Positions 12,211 to 25,325 of a stretch of DNA of 64,000 bases are shown here, in pieces. The stretch is from Carcharhinus longimanus (Eukaryota), in contig JASCQW010000162.1 of NCBI GenBank assembly GCA_030264375.1, forward strand, positions 40,638,090-40,702,089, read 5' to 3'. Each line of letters begins with the position of its first letter. The first letter of the stretch is position 1. Under the pieces are notes generated by a model, which saw nothing but the letters and a program-made list of their open reading frames with translations, was not told the origin of the DNA and ran no database searches. Both the position numbers and the translations under genes were made by a program.

Positions 12211-13309
12211 AGCCAAACAAGCTAAGGAGCTATGATTTGTAATTCATAATAGAGACCTGTAGTACTCTTCTCTCACGAGAAACTCCTTCAACCTGACCAC
12301 ATCCTAAGTAATCAACTGCAGTTTATGAAAATACATGACATACACCCTGAACTACCAACGAGATGTTGGAAGGCAAGAACTATTTGGCAGATTTCACATT
12401 TTAGTTAAACAGAACATGAGAACCATTAAAGCTGTAATGAAGGAGGAAGGAAAAAAAGGAAAAATTACTGGTAAAGCTGAATAATGTTCGAGCAGCCCAG
12501 AAGTCCGAGAAGCAAGTAAGCGGGTTGACCCATAAACACTATTAACTAATCTATTCTCCTCAACTGCTAAATGACTTGTTGAATGTTCCTGGTGCTTTTT
12601 ACTTATGTTTGTTTCATACACGTGTTGCATAACAGAAAGCAACCAAACAGTAATTTAGGTCAAGCAACTCTCAACCTTGTTACTGGCTGGATTGCACAAA
12701 AGGTTTATAGAATCTTGCTAGGTATCAAGTAACTAACAAGTTGTTACTACTGATATGCTTGCTCCAAGTTTACTTCAGCTATCGGTGGTGAATTTTACAA
12801 TTGAATTGCTGTTCAAAAGAACAAGTGTAATTTCAACCACCTTTGTCTCAAACCACCAAGACAGGAGAGGGGTGGGGGTCATTAAAGATAACAAAATGTG
12901 AAAACTGGCCCTAAGAATATGCCTACATTGATTTATTCACTAAGGCTCAAGGAGCATTGGAGTAGCCCACTCACAGGAAACAGTTAAGTCATATCTATAT
13001 GATAATGAGACTTTGGTTCTCAGATATTGTAAGCCCTTTAAATTTAAAAGGTCCATGGTTTGGTTTCCCAGGGCTCAAAAGGAAAATGGAAGATGGTGGC
13101 TCTAGCAGGTAAACGCTTAGCTAGTGCTACTTGTGGTCCAAGAAGATGACTGCTTTCCTCCAACTCAAATATTCTGCTGTAATCTCATCCTCCCCGCAAT
13201 CTGTAATTCATCCGGACACCATTCCTCTCTTCATTCCCTCTCACCATTCTTCTGCCAACCCCCCAACAGTGACCACTCCAATCACAATTGATTGGCAGCC
13301 AGGAAGGAA

Positions 13310-15270
13310 ATATATGACATACAGTCTAGGAGTAGGCCACTTGGTCCCTCGAGCCTGCACCATCTTCTAACATGATGGCTGATCCAATTTTAACCTAACC
13401 TTCACCTTCCTGCCTGAAAAAACATAGAATCTAGGAGGAGTTGGCCAACCAGATATACTTTCAGCCCTTGCTGATCAAGAATCTATCTACTTCTGTTTTA
13501 TAGATATTCAAAGGCTCTTCCTCAAATTTTTGAGGAGGATAATTACGAAGTCCCAAAACCCTTAGAGAAAAAAGAATTCCTCATCAATCTTAAATAAGCA
13601 ACCCCTTATTTTTAAAGCAGCAGCCCTGGTTCAAGATTCATCCACAAGGAACATCCTTTCAGCATCCACCCTGTCAAGACTCCTCAGGATCCTGCATGTT
13701 TCAATTAAATCGCCTCTTACGCTTCTGAACTTCAGTGTTGGAAACCTAGCCTGCCCCTTCTCTCCTCATAAAACAACCCATGCAATCCACATATTAGTCT
13801 AATAAGCCTTTTCTGATCTGCATTTACATCTTTTCTTACATAAGAAAGAAATGCAGCATACAGTACTCTAGATGCGGTCCCACCAATGCCCCATTTAAGT
13901 GAAGCATAACCTCCCTACTCTTGTATTCAATTTCTCTTGCAATAAATGATAATATTTTACTAGTTTTGCTAATAACATGCTGCTTCTGTATTCCANNNNN
14001 NNNNNNNNNNNNNNNNNNNNNNNNNNNNNNNNNNNNNNNNNNNNNNNNNNNNNNNNNNNNNNNNNNNNNNNNNNNNNNNNNNNNNNNNNNNNNNNTGTAT
14101 TCCACCCTTATGTAATTCATGCACCAGGACACTTGAATCCCTCTATGTCTGAAAGCTCTGCAATCTCTCATTATTTGAATACCGTTTCTTTTATTTGTTC
14201 TGCCAGAACGGACCACCTTATATTTTCCCATATTATATTCTACTTTCCAGATCTTTGTCTATGCATCTAACTTGTCTATATCCTGTTTATGTCCTTGTTC
14301 AGTAGCAAACTGAGGAATCATAGCATTGACCCCTTCATCTAGAATATTTCAATAAATTGTAGAGTTGAGGCCCCAGCATTGATACCTGTGGCACACCACT
14401 CACCACCTCCTACCAAACAGAAAATGATCTATCTATACCTACTCTAACTTGCCAATTTTCTATCCATACCAATATGTTACCTCCCACACCATGAGTTTTA
14501 TTTTTAGCAATAACCTTTAATGAAGCACCTTCTGGAAATATAAGCATAGTACATCTACCAGTTCACCTTTATCCACAATACCTGTTAGTTCTTGAAAGAA
14601 CTCCAATAAATTGGTTAAACATGATATCCATTTTACAAAACCATGACTCTGATTTCCTTGAACTTATATAAGGTACTGTTATAACATTTTTAATATTAGC
14701 TTCTAATATTTTCCCAAGACAGATGTTCAGCTAATTGGCCTGCTTTATCTTCCTCCCTTTTTAAGCAAAAGAGTTACATTAGTTATTTTCTCATCTAATG
14801 GGAACCTTCCCCTCATGTAGTTAATTTCTGTAACATTAAAACTAATACATCAACTGCCTTTTCTCTCCATATTAATCTTTCAGTCCCTTTTGCTGTTTTT
14901 TATATTCTGCCCAATCATCTGACCTACTGCCCATTTTAGCACAATTATATGGTTTTCCTTACTATCTTTAACTTTGTTAGTTAACCACAGATGGTGGGTC
15001 CACCCCATGGAATTTCTCTCTCTGGAATGCATCTATTGCATACATTCTGAGATATCCTCTTAAATGTTAGCCATGCAACACTATTGACCTATCCCTTAAC
15101 CTAGATAGCCAGTACACTTTCAGTATTGCTTTCATGCCCTCATAATTGTCTTTCTTTAAGTTTAAAATACATCTTTTACACCACTCTTTTCTTCCTTAAA
15201 CAATGTAAAATTCAATCACATTATGATCACTGCTACCTTGGGGCACCTTCACTACGAGGTCATTAACTAA
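13310..15270 (-). mobile_element. CR1 LINE fragment (spans an assembly gap)
   Basis: ORF 13836-14231 contains IEYKSREVMLHLNGALVGPHLEYC; CR1-type 3' tail near 13310-13450. Confidence 0.85.
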
Positions 15271-15274
15271 TTAA

Positions 15275-15801
15275 CACTTGGAATACTGTGTGCAATTCTG
15301 GTCCCCCTATTATAGAAAGGATATTATTAAACTAGAAAGAGTGCAGAAAAGATTTACTAGGATGCTCCTGGGACTCGATGGATTGAGAATAGACTGGGAC
15401 ATTTTTCATTGGACTGTAGGGGGCTGAGGGGTGACCTTATAGAGGTCTACAAAATAATGAGGGGCGTAGACAAGGTAGATAATCAATATCTTTTCCCAAA
15501 GATAGGGGAGTCTAAAACTAGAGGGCATAGGTTTAAGGTGAGAGGGAAGATATAAAAGTGTCCAGAAGGGCAATTTTTTCAGAGGATAGTGTGTCTGGAA
15601 CAAGCTGCCAGAGGTAGTAGTAGAGGCAGATATAATTTTATCTTTTAAAAAGCATTTAGATAGTGACATGAATACGATGGGTATAGAAGGATATGGGCCA
15701 AATGCAGGCAATTGGGATTAGGTTAGGGGTATTAAAAAACAGGGTGGCATGGACCAATTGGGCCAAAGGGCCGGTTTCCATGCTATAAACCTCTATGACT
15801 C
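15275..15801 (+). mobile_element. CR1 LINE 3' end, relatively young
   Basis: Reads [34 protein letters not shown]...[19 protein letters not shown]; ends in a ctatgact tail. Confidence 0.9.
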
Positions 15802-15874
15802 CACTTTTTTCTCAATTTGCCATCCTACCTCAAAGTCATATACCCTTCAATATTCAGGTCCCACTCTAAACCAC

Positions 15875-16110
15875 AGAGTCATAGAATTTTACAGCATGGA
15901 AACAGGCCCTTCGGCACAACTTGTCCAAGCCTCCCAGTTTTTACAATTAAGCTGATCCCAATTGCCCGCATTGGCCTATATCTGTCTGTACCAATCTTAC
16001 CCATGTAACTGTCCAAGTGCTTTTTAAAAGACAGAACTAGACCTGCCTCTACTGGCAGCTTGTTCCAGACACACATCACCCTTTGAGAGAAAGGAATGTC
16101 CCTCTGAATC
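15875..16110 (-). mobile_element. CR1 3' end fragment adjacent to the exon L donor
   Basis: SQRVMCVWNKLP...SFKKHLDSYM and a (ct)atgact-type tail. Confidence 0.8.
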
Positions 16111-16142
16111 CTTTTATTTCTAAATTCTGTTCCTAAGCGTAC

Positions 16143-16301
16143 CTGTTTCCTCCTCACAAGCTCTTCTTCCTCCTTTCGTTTCTTCTCTTCCTCTTGCCTT
16201 CGTAAAAGCTCTTCCTGATGGCGACGGATTTCCTCTTGTCGTTTTCTTTCCTCCTCTTCCCTTTTAGCCCTAATTTCTGCATCTCTTTTTTCTTGTTCAA
16301 G
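16143..16301 (-). CDS. GIGYF2: GIGYF2 coding exon L (159 nt, phase 0 to 0), E/R/K-rich coiled coil
   Basis: gtgcttag|CTT GAA CAA ... AGG AAA CAG|gtacgc. Encodes LEQEKRDAEIRAKREEEERKRQEEIRRHQEELLRRQEEEKKRKEEEELVRRKQ. Confidence 0.95.
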
Positions 16302-17169
16302 CTAAGCACAAAAACATCAATTACAGAAAGTTACCAGCAGTACATGGATTAATAGAATTTTAAAAATATTATTGGGAAGATTGCGTAAGTAACCTACGAA
16401 CCAGGTATAGAGTACCAAAAACACAGTTCTATAATCTTACAAACAGTTTCAGTGCCAGTAAACAAAGTAACTTCTAGTGCATTACTGACGTGTTCCATGA
16501 TAGGGCATGAAAACCGAAGATGTCAGAGCAAAATTTGACCATTTGGCCCATCAAGTCTGCTCCATCATTCATTATGCATATTAAACAAACTATATTTTTC
16601 ACCAGACTAAATTAGATCATTACAGTAGCGTCAGAAAATTGCTGAAAGCAGATAAGAAAAAAAAACATGCATTTATACAAGTGCCTTTCACATTCTCAAT
16701 AGCCCAACAAATTTCACATCAAATTAATTTTCTTAAACATTGTCATCGTTTTTATGACATCAGTGAACATGGCAATCAATTTTCGCACAGATCCCCCAAA
16801 TAGCAACAAATGATCAGATAATGGTTGGAATTTCCTTGCTCTAACTAACTTAGGTTAAAATTACAGCAAAATCTATGCCAATTTCCACTCACCAACAGGA
16901 ACTTGCACCCAAATTTCCTGGAGTTCATTTGTCCAATTTGAAATGTAAAAACTGCCTTAAACCAAGTGCACTACTGTCATCTGGCATGATGTCTCACCTG
17001 TCTCATGCCATTGCAGATCCTCTTCCATTTTTATGCAAGATGACAGTGTGGTATTAAAGGCTCATTTTGAGCATAAACATGAGGGGCTGAATGGCCTGTT
17101 TCTATGCTGTATTTTATTAAGCCTGACTTATGTTTAGCTGAAGTTTAACTTAAGTTTGAAAGTGGAATA

Positions 17170-18580
17170 TTTCAGTTCTAAACAAGGATCTTAAACTTAA
17201 ATAAAGCCACTTATATAAGAATGAGTTGGCCAAGGCTGATTGGTTAAAAAGACCAGAAGTAATGGCAACAAATAAATAGCAAGCAATATTGAAAGAAACA
17301 ATTCAAAATGTTCAACAAAATACATCCCGATTAAAAAGCAAAGCCTCAGCAAAAAAGATCCATCTTGCTTACTGAGGCAGGTAAGAATAATATGGATTAA
17401 AAGTGGGTTAAAATGTTGGAACGAGTAGCAGCAAATCAGAGGATTGGACGTGTTTAGAAACCAGCAAAAGGCCACAGAAAGGTTGACAACAGGAGAAAAT
17501 AGAATATTAGAGTGAACTAGCTAGGAATATAAAAATAGATTCCAAGACCTTTTACAGGTACGTGAAAAAGAGAGCTGCTAAAGTAAATGCTGGTTCCTCA
17601 GAAGTACAGACTCGATAAATCATCGTGGGGAATTAGGAAATGGCAAAAAAACACTGAACAAATATTTTACGTTTGCCTTCACAGTACAGGACATGTTACT
17701 TACCAGAAATAGAGAACAACACCAAGTTAAAAAAGAGTGANNNNNNNNNNATAAAAAATGTTGCGGAGAAACGTAAGGGACTAAAATCTGTCAGAAGTCC
17801 ATTATTTAGTGGCCTGCACCCAGGATTCTAAAAGATGTAGCGGATGCACTGGTTATGACTTTCCAAAATACCTTCAACAGTTCCAGCAGATAGGAAGTTA
17901 ACAACTGGAATTTCACTTTGCTAGAAAAGAGGGATAGAGGAAATAGGGAAAAGACCAGATAATCTATCTGCCAGGAACACAAAGTTAGTATGCAAGTACA
18001 TCAAGCAAATAGGGAGGTTAAGAGGCATATTGGCCTTTAATTGCAAGGGGACCGGAATACAAGAATAAGGAAGTCTTGCTACAATTGTATAGGGCTTCAA
18101 TGAAAACCACACCTGGAGTACTGCTTGCTTGCAATTTTGGTATCCATAAAAAAGGTAAGATACAGTTGCAAATGGTGGCAGTACATTGAAGATTGACTAG
18201 ACTGGTCCCTGAGATGAGAGAGTTGATCTATAAAAGGCTGAGCAAATTGTTATATTCTCTGGTCTTCAAAAATACGAGGGGCGATTTTATTGAAACGTAC
18301 AGGGTTTTCAAGGGGCTAACAGGATGGACATGTTGTTTCTCTTAGAATATGGAAGATGGTGGTTATAGTCTCAGGAGAAAGGATCAATCATGCAAGACTG
18401 ACATGAAATTTCTTCATTCAGAAATGTGTGAAGCTGTGGAATTGTTTACCCTACTGAATACTCCATTACTGAATATATTTAAGGCTCAGACAGACAGATC
18501 TTTGTTCTCGGAGGGAATCGAAGGATATGGGGAACATGCAGGAAAGTGGGGCTAAGGCTGATGATCAATCATGATTGGAT
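17170..18580 (+). mobile_element. CR1 LINE ORF2 fragments
   Basis: Remnants such as LARNIKIDSKTFYRYVK and PHLEYC, plus the 3' end (LLNIFKAQTDRSLFSEGIEGYGEHAGKW). Confidence 0.8.
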
Positions 18581-18599
18581 TTTACATACAATTGAGAGG

Positions 18600-19160
18600 C
18601 GAGATAAAATTCCATTTGAAAGACAGTGCTGCATGCCTTCATTACTGCAGTGCAACTTGTAGGTGATGCACACTGTTGTGTCAGTGGTGTAGGAAGTAAA
18701 TATTGAAGGTAATGGATGGGCGCCAATCAAGCGGGTTGTTTTGTCCTGGATGGCACCAGGCTTCTTTAAGGTTTGTTGAAATTACACTCATCCAGGCAGT
18801 CTGAGAGTATTCTCACACTCCTGGCTTAAGCCTCATAGGCTTTACTGTGTTAGGAGGCAAGTTACTCACTGCAGAATTCCCAACTTCCAACTTGGATCAG
18901 TTCAGTTACTGGTCAAGAGTTATTAAGCAATGGTAATACCACTGAAAATCATAAGGTGATAGTTAGGTTCTCTCTTGTTGGAGATGGTCACTGCCTGGCA
19001 CTTGTGTAGTGCAAATCTATTTGCCATTTTTCAGTCCAAGCCTGAATGTTGTTCAGGTCTTACTGCTTACAGACACAGACTGCTTCAGCACCTGAAGGGT
19101 TGTGAAGGGGGCTGAACAACCCCACTTCTGACCCTATGATGAAGAGGGTGTTCCTCTACA
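18600..19160 (-). mobile_element. Non-LTR retrotransposon RT 3' region (clade not assigned)
   Basis: Reverse-complement similarity to 39170-40090 (+). Related ends at about 9010-9240, 53385-53610 and 54810-54950; a fragmented copy at about 26270-27720. Confidence 0.65.
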
Positions 19161-20051
19161 GCACACTACTGATGTCCCTGCAGACAGCAAATTTAGAAAT
19201 TAGTGCACTACAAGAACTTCTCTTTGATGCTAGGATACCGCTGTTATAATACCACTCTACTGAAAAAATTATGCCAGTATGAGTACATAAAAAATTATGT
19301 AACTGTGTATTTAAACAGTATACTAAGCAATAACTGCTGCTGAACAATCTCTCTGGCAATGGAAAATGAATATCACATGAGCAACAATATTCTCCATAGT
19401 TTATTCATTTTTTAAAAAAAGTTTATGATATTTCAACTAATGCATTTATCCCAATCTTTACTTCATCCTCTGTAAAGTTTATAAATTAAGTATAATCAAT
19501 TCATTTTACTTACTGAAACTAGTGACTGGTTGCTTACTCTGCTTAATGATATCACTGGAGATTGGTGATTTGCGATCCCTTGACTTTTTAACCAGGTTCA
19601 AATTAACATTGGGAAAGGTCTGTAGTCAGCTTTCTTTTGAGATAGGTAGCGAATATCATTGCTCAAATTGGGCCTCTGTGCCCACATCGATTTAAATATT
19701 ATTCAGAAATGTTGTATGTAATTCAGTTATATGAAATTTCCACTGAACACCATGGAAGGATAAGTGGACAGTTTTGGTTGAGACCTGCTGCTTATGTTTA
19801 ATTAAAATACCTTTGTGCCATACTACCATAATACTCTGTACCATAAAATGCAAATATACAGAAGTCAAACTCTTTTCCCAGTGGTACAAAATTGAAATCA
19901 AAGGGGTTGTTCTGGCTGCTCCACCAGCTTTATGCTCAGTCCCAGCGACAACTAAGTGTGGACTTTACAATTAAAGAAGTTAATTCCAGATTACCAACTT
20001 GTTATCAAGTGATATCCAAAAAGATTCTGTGCAAATTTGGCTTTTTATTAC

Positions 20052-20152
20052 CTTGGCAGCTTTTCCTCTTTCCATCTGCTGGATTTGATCAACAGAAGCA
20101 CCCGGAACTGGAGAATCAACTGGCAAGTCCCACACACTACCACCATCCCAAC
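20052..20152 (-). CDS. GIGYF2: GIGYF2 coding exon K (101 nt, phase 1 to 0)
   Basis: tccctcag|GT TGG GAT ... GCT GCC AAG|gtaata. Encodes GWDGGSVWDLPVDSPVPGASVDQIQQMERGKAAK. Confidence 0.94.
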
Positions 20153-22668
20153 CTGAGGGAAAATGATGAAAAGAAAAATAATTACATTATAAACTCTAAC
20201 CATTTCTTTCAACAGCCATGTGTAGATTGGAAAGAAAAGTCAAAATAATTAATCCCACAGAAAACTGCAGATTAAATTAAGCAGAAGTAGGTGCCATAAG
20301 CAGTTTCCACAATTAACATTGCTAGAATGGAATTTTGGGAACAAATAACACTTGGGCAAAGAGATTTAAAAAGGCTGAAAGATCTCCACTCAAATGTCTT
20401 TTTCATTCAGACTGATTTGCATCTTCCACTCAACATAGAGTACAGCCTAGGTTTCACAGATTCTGGGGTAACGTGCATTACCACTGAGTGTCAACAATGC
20501 TATAAATATGGCTGTGTCATACTAAGCTTCAGAAACGACACCATTTAACTTCTGGAACTCTAAAGCTATTCCTTTAAACAGGCTGGAGGCTTTTCCACCA
20601 GGTAACAAAGAACAAGTGTATCCTCCTGGTTTTTGTCTTTTTCTAAATTTCTGAGATACACAAGTGCTAATGTTGTTACTCATGAGAAGCCTTCAGAAAA
20701 CCAGATACTATGATGCCCTTTTCAGGACAATTATGTGGGCACTAATTCTAAACTCCTTAGTCAGCCACATTGAGAGAAAATGAAAGTATGTAAAACCAAA
20801 AAACCTCAGTGTAAAAGGGGATAAAGGGAATAAGGAACAATTAGGTATAGAAGATGCACCCAAGCTGATATGGTCATATGGTATATTCATCACTCCCGAC
20901 TCTGCCACTGATTGTTAAAATAGCTCCATGGTTGGGTTAACAAATTTGCACCAACATTTACCAAGTCCTTCATAAATTGCAACGTTTACAAAATTCACAA
21001 TCACTGCATACCATATCTATGGACCAAAGCATGATTTCCAAATCTGACTCACTTTCGAAACACACCCATAAAAAATGCTGAAACTGCTGAATTTCTCCAG
21101 CATTTCCTGTCAGTCTTATAACATGGGTTTCTTGGTTCAGAAATATAGTACATGTTTATTTCTATACTAGACATCTTTTTGTCTTGGGGGGCAATCGAAA
21201 CAAAATAGATGTCCCAGAGGTGCATTTGGAGGCCTTCCAAATCATAACCCAAGAAACTCCTTTGAAACAAAAGCTAAAGTACTTTCATTTATATTTCTAA
21301 ATCCCTTTAGAACCAATTATGTGAAATATTTGGGTTGCTGTTCCAATGCAGGAAACACAGCAACCAATTTATGTAGAGGAAAATACCAAAAACTAGATGA
21401 CAACAAAATCTGTTTCAAGAGATGTTGGCTGAGGGATAATCTGGAGAAAAAAAGTCCTTGCTCTGTTTGGAAAGATGTTGTGGGATTTGTTAGGTACACC
21501 TGTGGGTGCACACAGGATGTCAGCATGGCATCTCATGTAACAGATAACATCTCATATTGCAAAGTTTCCTTAATAAAGTGTCCGTTAGGATTATGTGCTC
21601 AAGTATCACAACTGGGGCTCGAACCTACAAAACTTCTGTCTTGGGACAATTCAAGGTTGAAATAAACTTGATTTTATATCACTAGCCTCATAACATTTTA
21701 GTTGGGTAACCAAGTATTCACATACACTACTTTCTGCACACACTATTTTTACTGGATGGGGTTCTTCCGTCAGACATCCACCAATGAAGATGGTTCAAGG
21801 AAACCAAAGTATCCTTACCTGAACTCAATGCTATGCAACCATCATTGCTACTAATGGGATCATGGCTCTTATTCCACAAAGTATAAACTCACATTTAATG
21901 CAATGTCAAGGATTTGTGCCAGAATGTTTCCATCTGTACATAATTAGGAACAAATGAGGGAATTGAAGGATGAGACAGGTTTGTGACCAACTGAAGTTGT
22001 GACCAGCTACTAGTTTAATATGTTAACCTTAGAGGCATTTAATGCACAAGTAGTCTAAAGCCCAGAGTTTGGTTTGGAAAAGAAAACAAGCAACAGCTTT
22101 TTTGATCACTCAGGCTTACAGAAAATGGAGAGTGGTAGTGTGCGAGTGGGGGGGTAACAGCGGGTATTGGAACAGTCATGATTGGAGTAGCAGGGATACA
22201 GAGTTTATGATAGAGGCTGGCCTAAGTAATTAGGAGGGACAAATACAGATTTAAAGTATATGTATCCTTCAGGAGGAAGGATTTGTTCAGTTTCAATGCC
22301 ATAGCAGTTAATCTAAGACATTAAATAGAAGAGATTGGCAAATTGAAAATCAAAGAGATGCAATATCATTGGTTTAGGCACATCTTAGATTGTGACTAAT
22401 GGGAACTCAAATTAGAAATAAAATCTCATTAATTAGTTAAACTTCCAACGGAGTCAAAAGTATGTTACATGCAGATCAATCAACTGTGTATTGCTCTTTC
22501 CCTTCATTCATGCGTCATAGGTTATAACTGTCTCCTATAGTTAAATTATTTTACACAATAACCCCAGAGGTCAGAATCAAGATGTACACTGTGACTGAAT
22601 GGTTTAATTTTAACCATTGCCAAATGATTCTTTGAAGGCACTAAGGTAACATGCTTGTTCATATTTAC

Positions 22669-22769
22669 CCGAGGGCTGAGACGCTGCAGCTTGCAATTCC
22701 CAAATTGAGTTACTGTCAGACACAGTCATGGGCCTTGTTACTGGAGGCATCAGGCTTTGCTCCGAGGAT
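22669..22769 (-). CDS. GIGYF2: GIGYF2 coding exon J (101 nt, phase 2 to 1)
   Basis: acactcag|A TCC TCG ... CCC TCG G|gtaaat. Encodes SSEQSLMPPVTRPMTVSDSNSIWELQAAASQPS, similar to GIGYF2 VTRSVSVPDTGSIWELQPTASQPT. Confidence 0.92.
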
Positions 22770-23189
22770 CTGAGTGTAGATAAGGTGTTTATTTTTACTA
22801 GCTATGGAGTAAATATTGAATTCTGACAATTTTTGATACAGGATTAAAAATCATTCCATGAAGATAATTTTGAATGTTACCATTAAAAACAGTGAAATCT
22901 TTTTCATAACAAAGTACAAACAGATGAATGATGATATGTGTTGGCCAACAATTCATCAATGTTCAGTAATTTAAACAACACAACATTTAAGCCTGAATCT
23001 TCCAAGGAGTTTGTTGGATTGCTACTCTAATCCTACTTTCCTCTGCCACACTGGCACTCCCATATTTCTGGCTGATGATGATCCAATATCTCCAGAAATG
23101 CAGAACAAACCTGAAATGGAACATCAAGGAAGGACAACCAAACACCCTTTTTACGGCTATAGCACCTGCATTCTGATAAGAGTGTTTAA

Positions 23190-24020
23190 ATGTCACAAAA
23201 ATTTTCTTTGAGAACAGTTTTTCCCCATCACTCTGTCCAATCCCCTCATGATTTTGAACCCCTTGATCACATCTCCTCTTAGCCATCTCCTCTCCAAGGA
23301 GAAGTCCCAATCTCTCCAATTTTTCTTCATAATTGAAGTTTCTCATTTCTGGAACCACACTTGTAAACCTTTTGTGTGTGTTAACCATCCTTCCTAAAGT
23401 ATGGCATCCAGAACTGCACTCAATACTCCAGCTGAAAAATTACCAGCATCTTATATTCAGCATACCCGCCTGGTACTCAATGCCACCACTAATAAAGCCT
23501 GTCTGGTCATCTTTAACAATTTATACAGATACGCACAGCCTTTATTTTTTTACCCCACTATTTTATATTACGTCTCCATGTTCCTCCTATCAAGAGTCAC
23601 CTCACACTTCTCTATAAAGAGCATCTGCCACCTAACTGTCCACTCCACCAACATGTTTTGCTCCTATGAAGTTCTACATTGCTCTTATCAATGTTTAGTG
23701 TTTCCGAGCTTTAAATCATCAGCAAACTTCAAAATTATCCCTTAATACGAAGGTTTAAATCATTTATATCAGGAAGATCAAGGGTCCCAATACTGACCCA
23801 CAGGGAACCTACTACAAACATTCTTCTTGTCCAAGGAATATCCATTAACCATTACTCTCTCTTACTCTGCCAATTATTTTATCCACATTGCTACGGTCCC
23901 TTTTTTTTCTCCACTGTATCGAATGCCTTTTGGAAGTCCATGTACATATCAACACGTTGCTCTCATCAATCCTCTGTCACCTCTTCAAAAAAACTCCATC
24001 ATGCAAGTTAAACACAATCT
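23190..24020 (-). mobile_element. Old CR1 LINE fragment, followed by a SINE tail at about 24040-24235 (+)
   Basis: KRFTSVVPEMRNFNYEEKLERLGL and further RT remnants. Confidence 0.75.
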
Positions 24021-25196
24021 TCCCTCAGCTGGCTCTTACTAATCAGCCCAAAGATGTGCAGATTTGGTGGATTGGCCAAATTAAATTTCCCTTCAGTGTC
24101 CCAAGATGTGTAGGTTAGATAGATTAACCATGGGAAATGTGTGGGGAAGGAGGGCCTGGGTAAGGTACTCTGCCAGAGAGTTAGTGCAAAATTGATGCCC
24201 GAATGGCCTCTTCTGCAATATAAGGATTCTATGATCCCAAATTTTTCCATGTGACTATTAATTCTATCCTGAATAATTATTTCTCAAAGAAATGAAACAA
24301 TAAAACAAAACAATTGAGCAATCAAGAAAACAATTCATAATTTGAACAGGCAAAGCTTAATGACAAAGAAATCAGAGCCAGCATCACTGGGATAATAAAC
24401 AAGTGTCCATCTTGTGGCAAAATTGAGACAGTATCTTGGAGTTGCATCAAAATTAATTGATTCGCATTCAGTGCTCCCAATGGCATTGACAAAATAATTT
24501 ATTTTGCATCTGAAAGATTCACCTACATCACCTTGATACAAAACAAAATAAATTTTCTTTCTCTCCAAATTGCCACTTACTGGTGGAAGGCACCAACCCT
24601 TTCCTTTCATCCCAATATTCTCCCTTGAAGACATTGGTTTCTCGCCAGGTACATTGCTACACTTACCACTTATCTTCAGGTATGACAATTACATGAATAT
24701 TCATCATAAAGAAAGCTATTCAACTTCTGACATCAAATCAGAGTCCAATCCTGACCATCACTGCACATTGAGTAAAAACTTTTTAGCAGAAATCAGGAGT
24801 AAGAACCCTGCCCTAATGTATTTTCCATAGCTAGGAACTGCTGAAGCCAATTATATTTTCCTCAACTCCCAAAGAGATATCCCTCCAATTTTGTAATTTT
24901 CTTCTTTTACCAGTGGTATATGGAGTATAACCAATTAAAAATCAAAATAAAACTGGTACAGATAGAGAAAATAATTGGAGAACACAAGATAATAGGATGT
25001 AAACATGGACTATAAGTCACAATCATTTGCGTGATATCTAGAAGCCCAGCTATTTGGATTCTACAGCATGCTCAGATCACTCATTTCAATCATATTGCAT
25101 AAGCAATATGTTTTGTAGTGCTGTTGCCATTCCTAAAAATGTGTATGAAAAAACTACTCTCTCCCCTCAAATGTACTAAATCCCACAAATTGTTAC

Positions 25197-25325
25197 CTTA
25201 ACTTTAAGGCTTGGAATTGTTCAAGTATGACGGCCAGTTGCTGCTGCTGTTGCTGCTGCTGCTGTGATGTTATGGCTCCCATAGCTGCCTTTTGTTGGTG
25301 TGCTATTGCTTGTGCGTACTGTTGC
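25197..25325 (-). CDS. GIGYF2: GIGYF2 coding exon I (129 nt, phase 2 to 2), poly-Q
   Basis: ttttctaag|G CAA CAG TAC ... AAG TTA AG|gtaaca. Encodes QQYAQAIAHQQKAAMGAITSQQQQQQQQQLAVILEQFQALKL. Confidence 0.93.

Noticed and set aside
21811-21935. Strong minus-strand donor CAG|GTAAGG at about 21819 with a possible upstream tacag acceptor
   Set aside because: Weak pyrimidine tract, no homology, and exons J and K already join in phase. Not distinguishable from chance.
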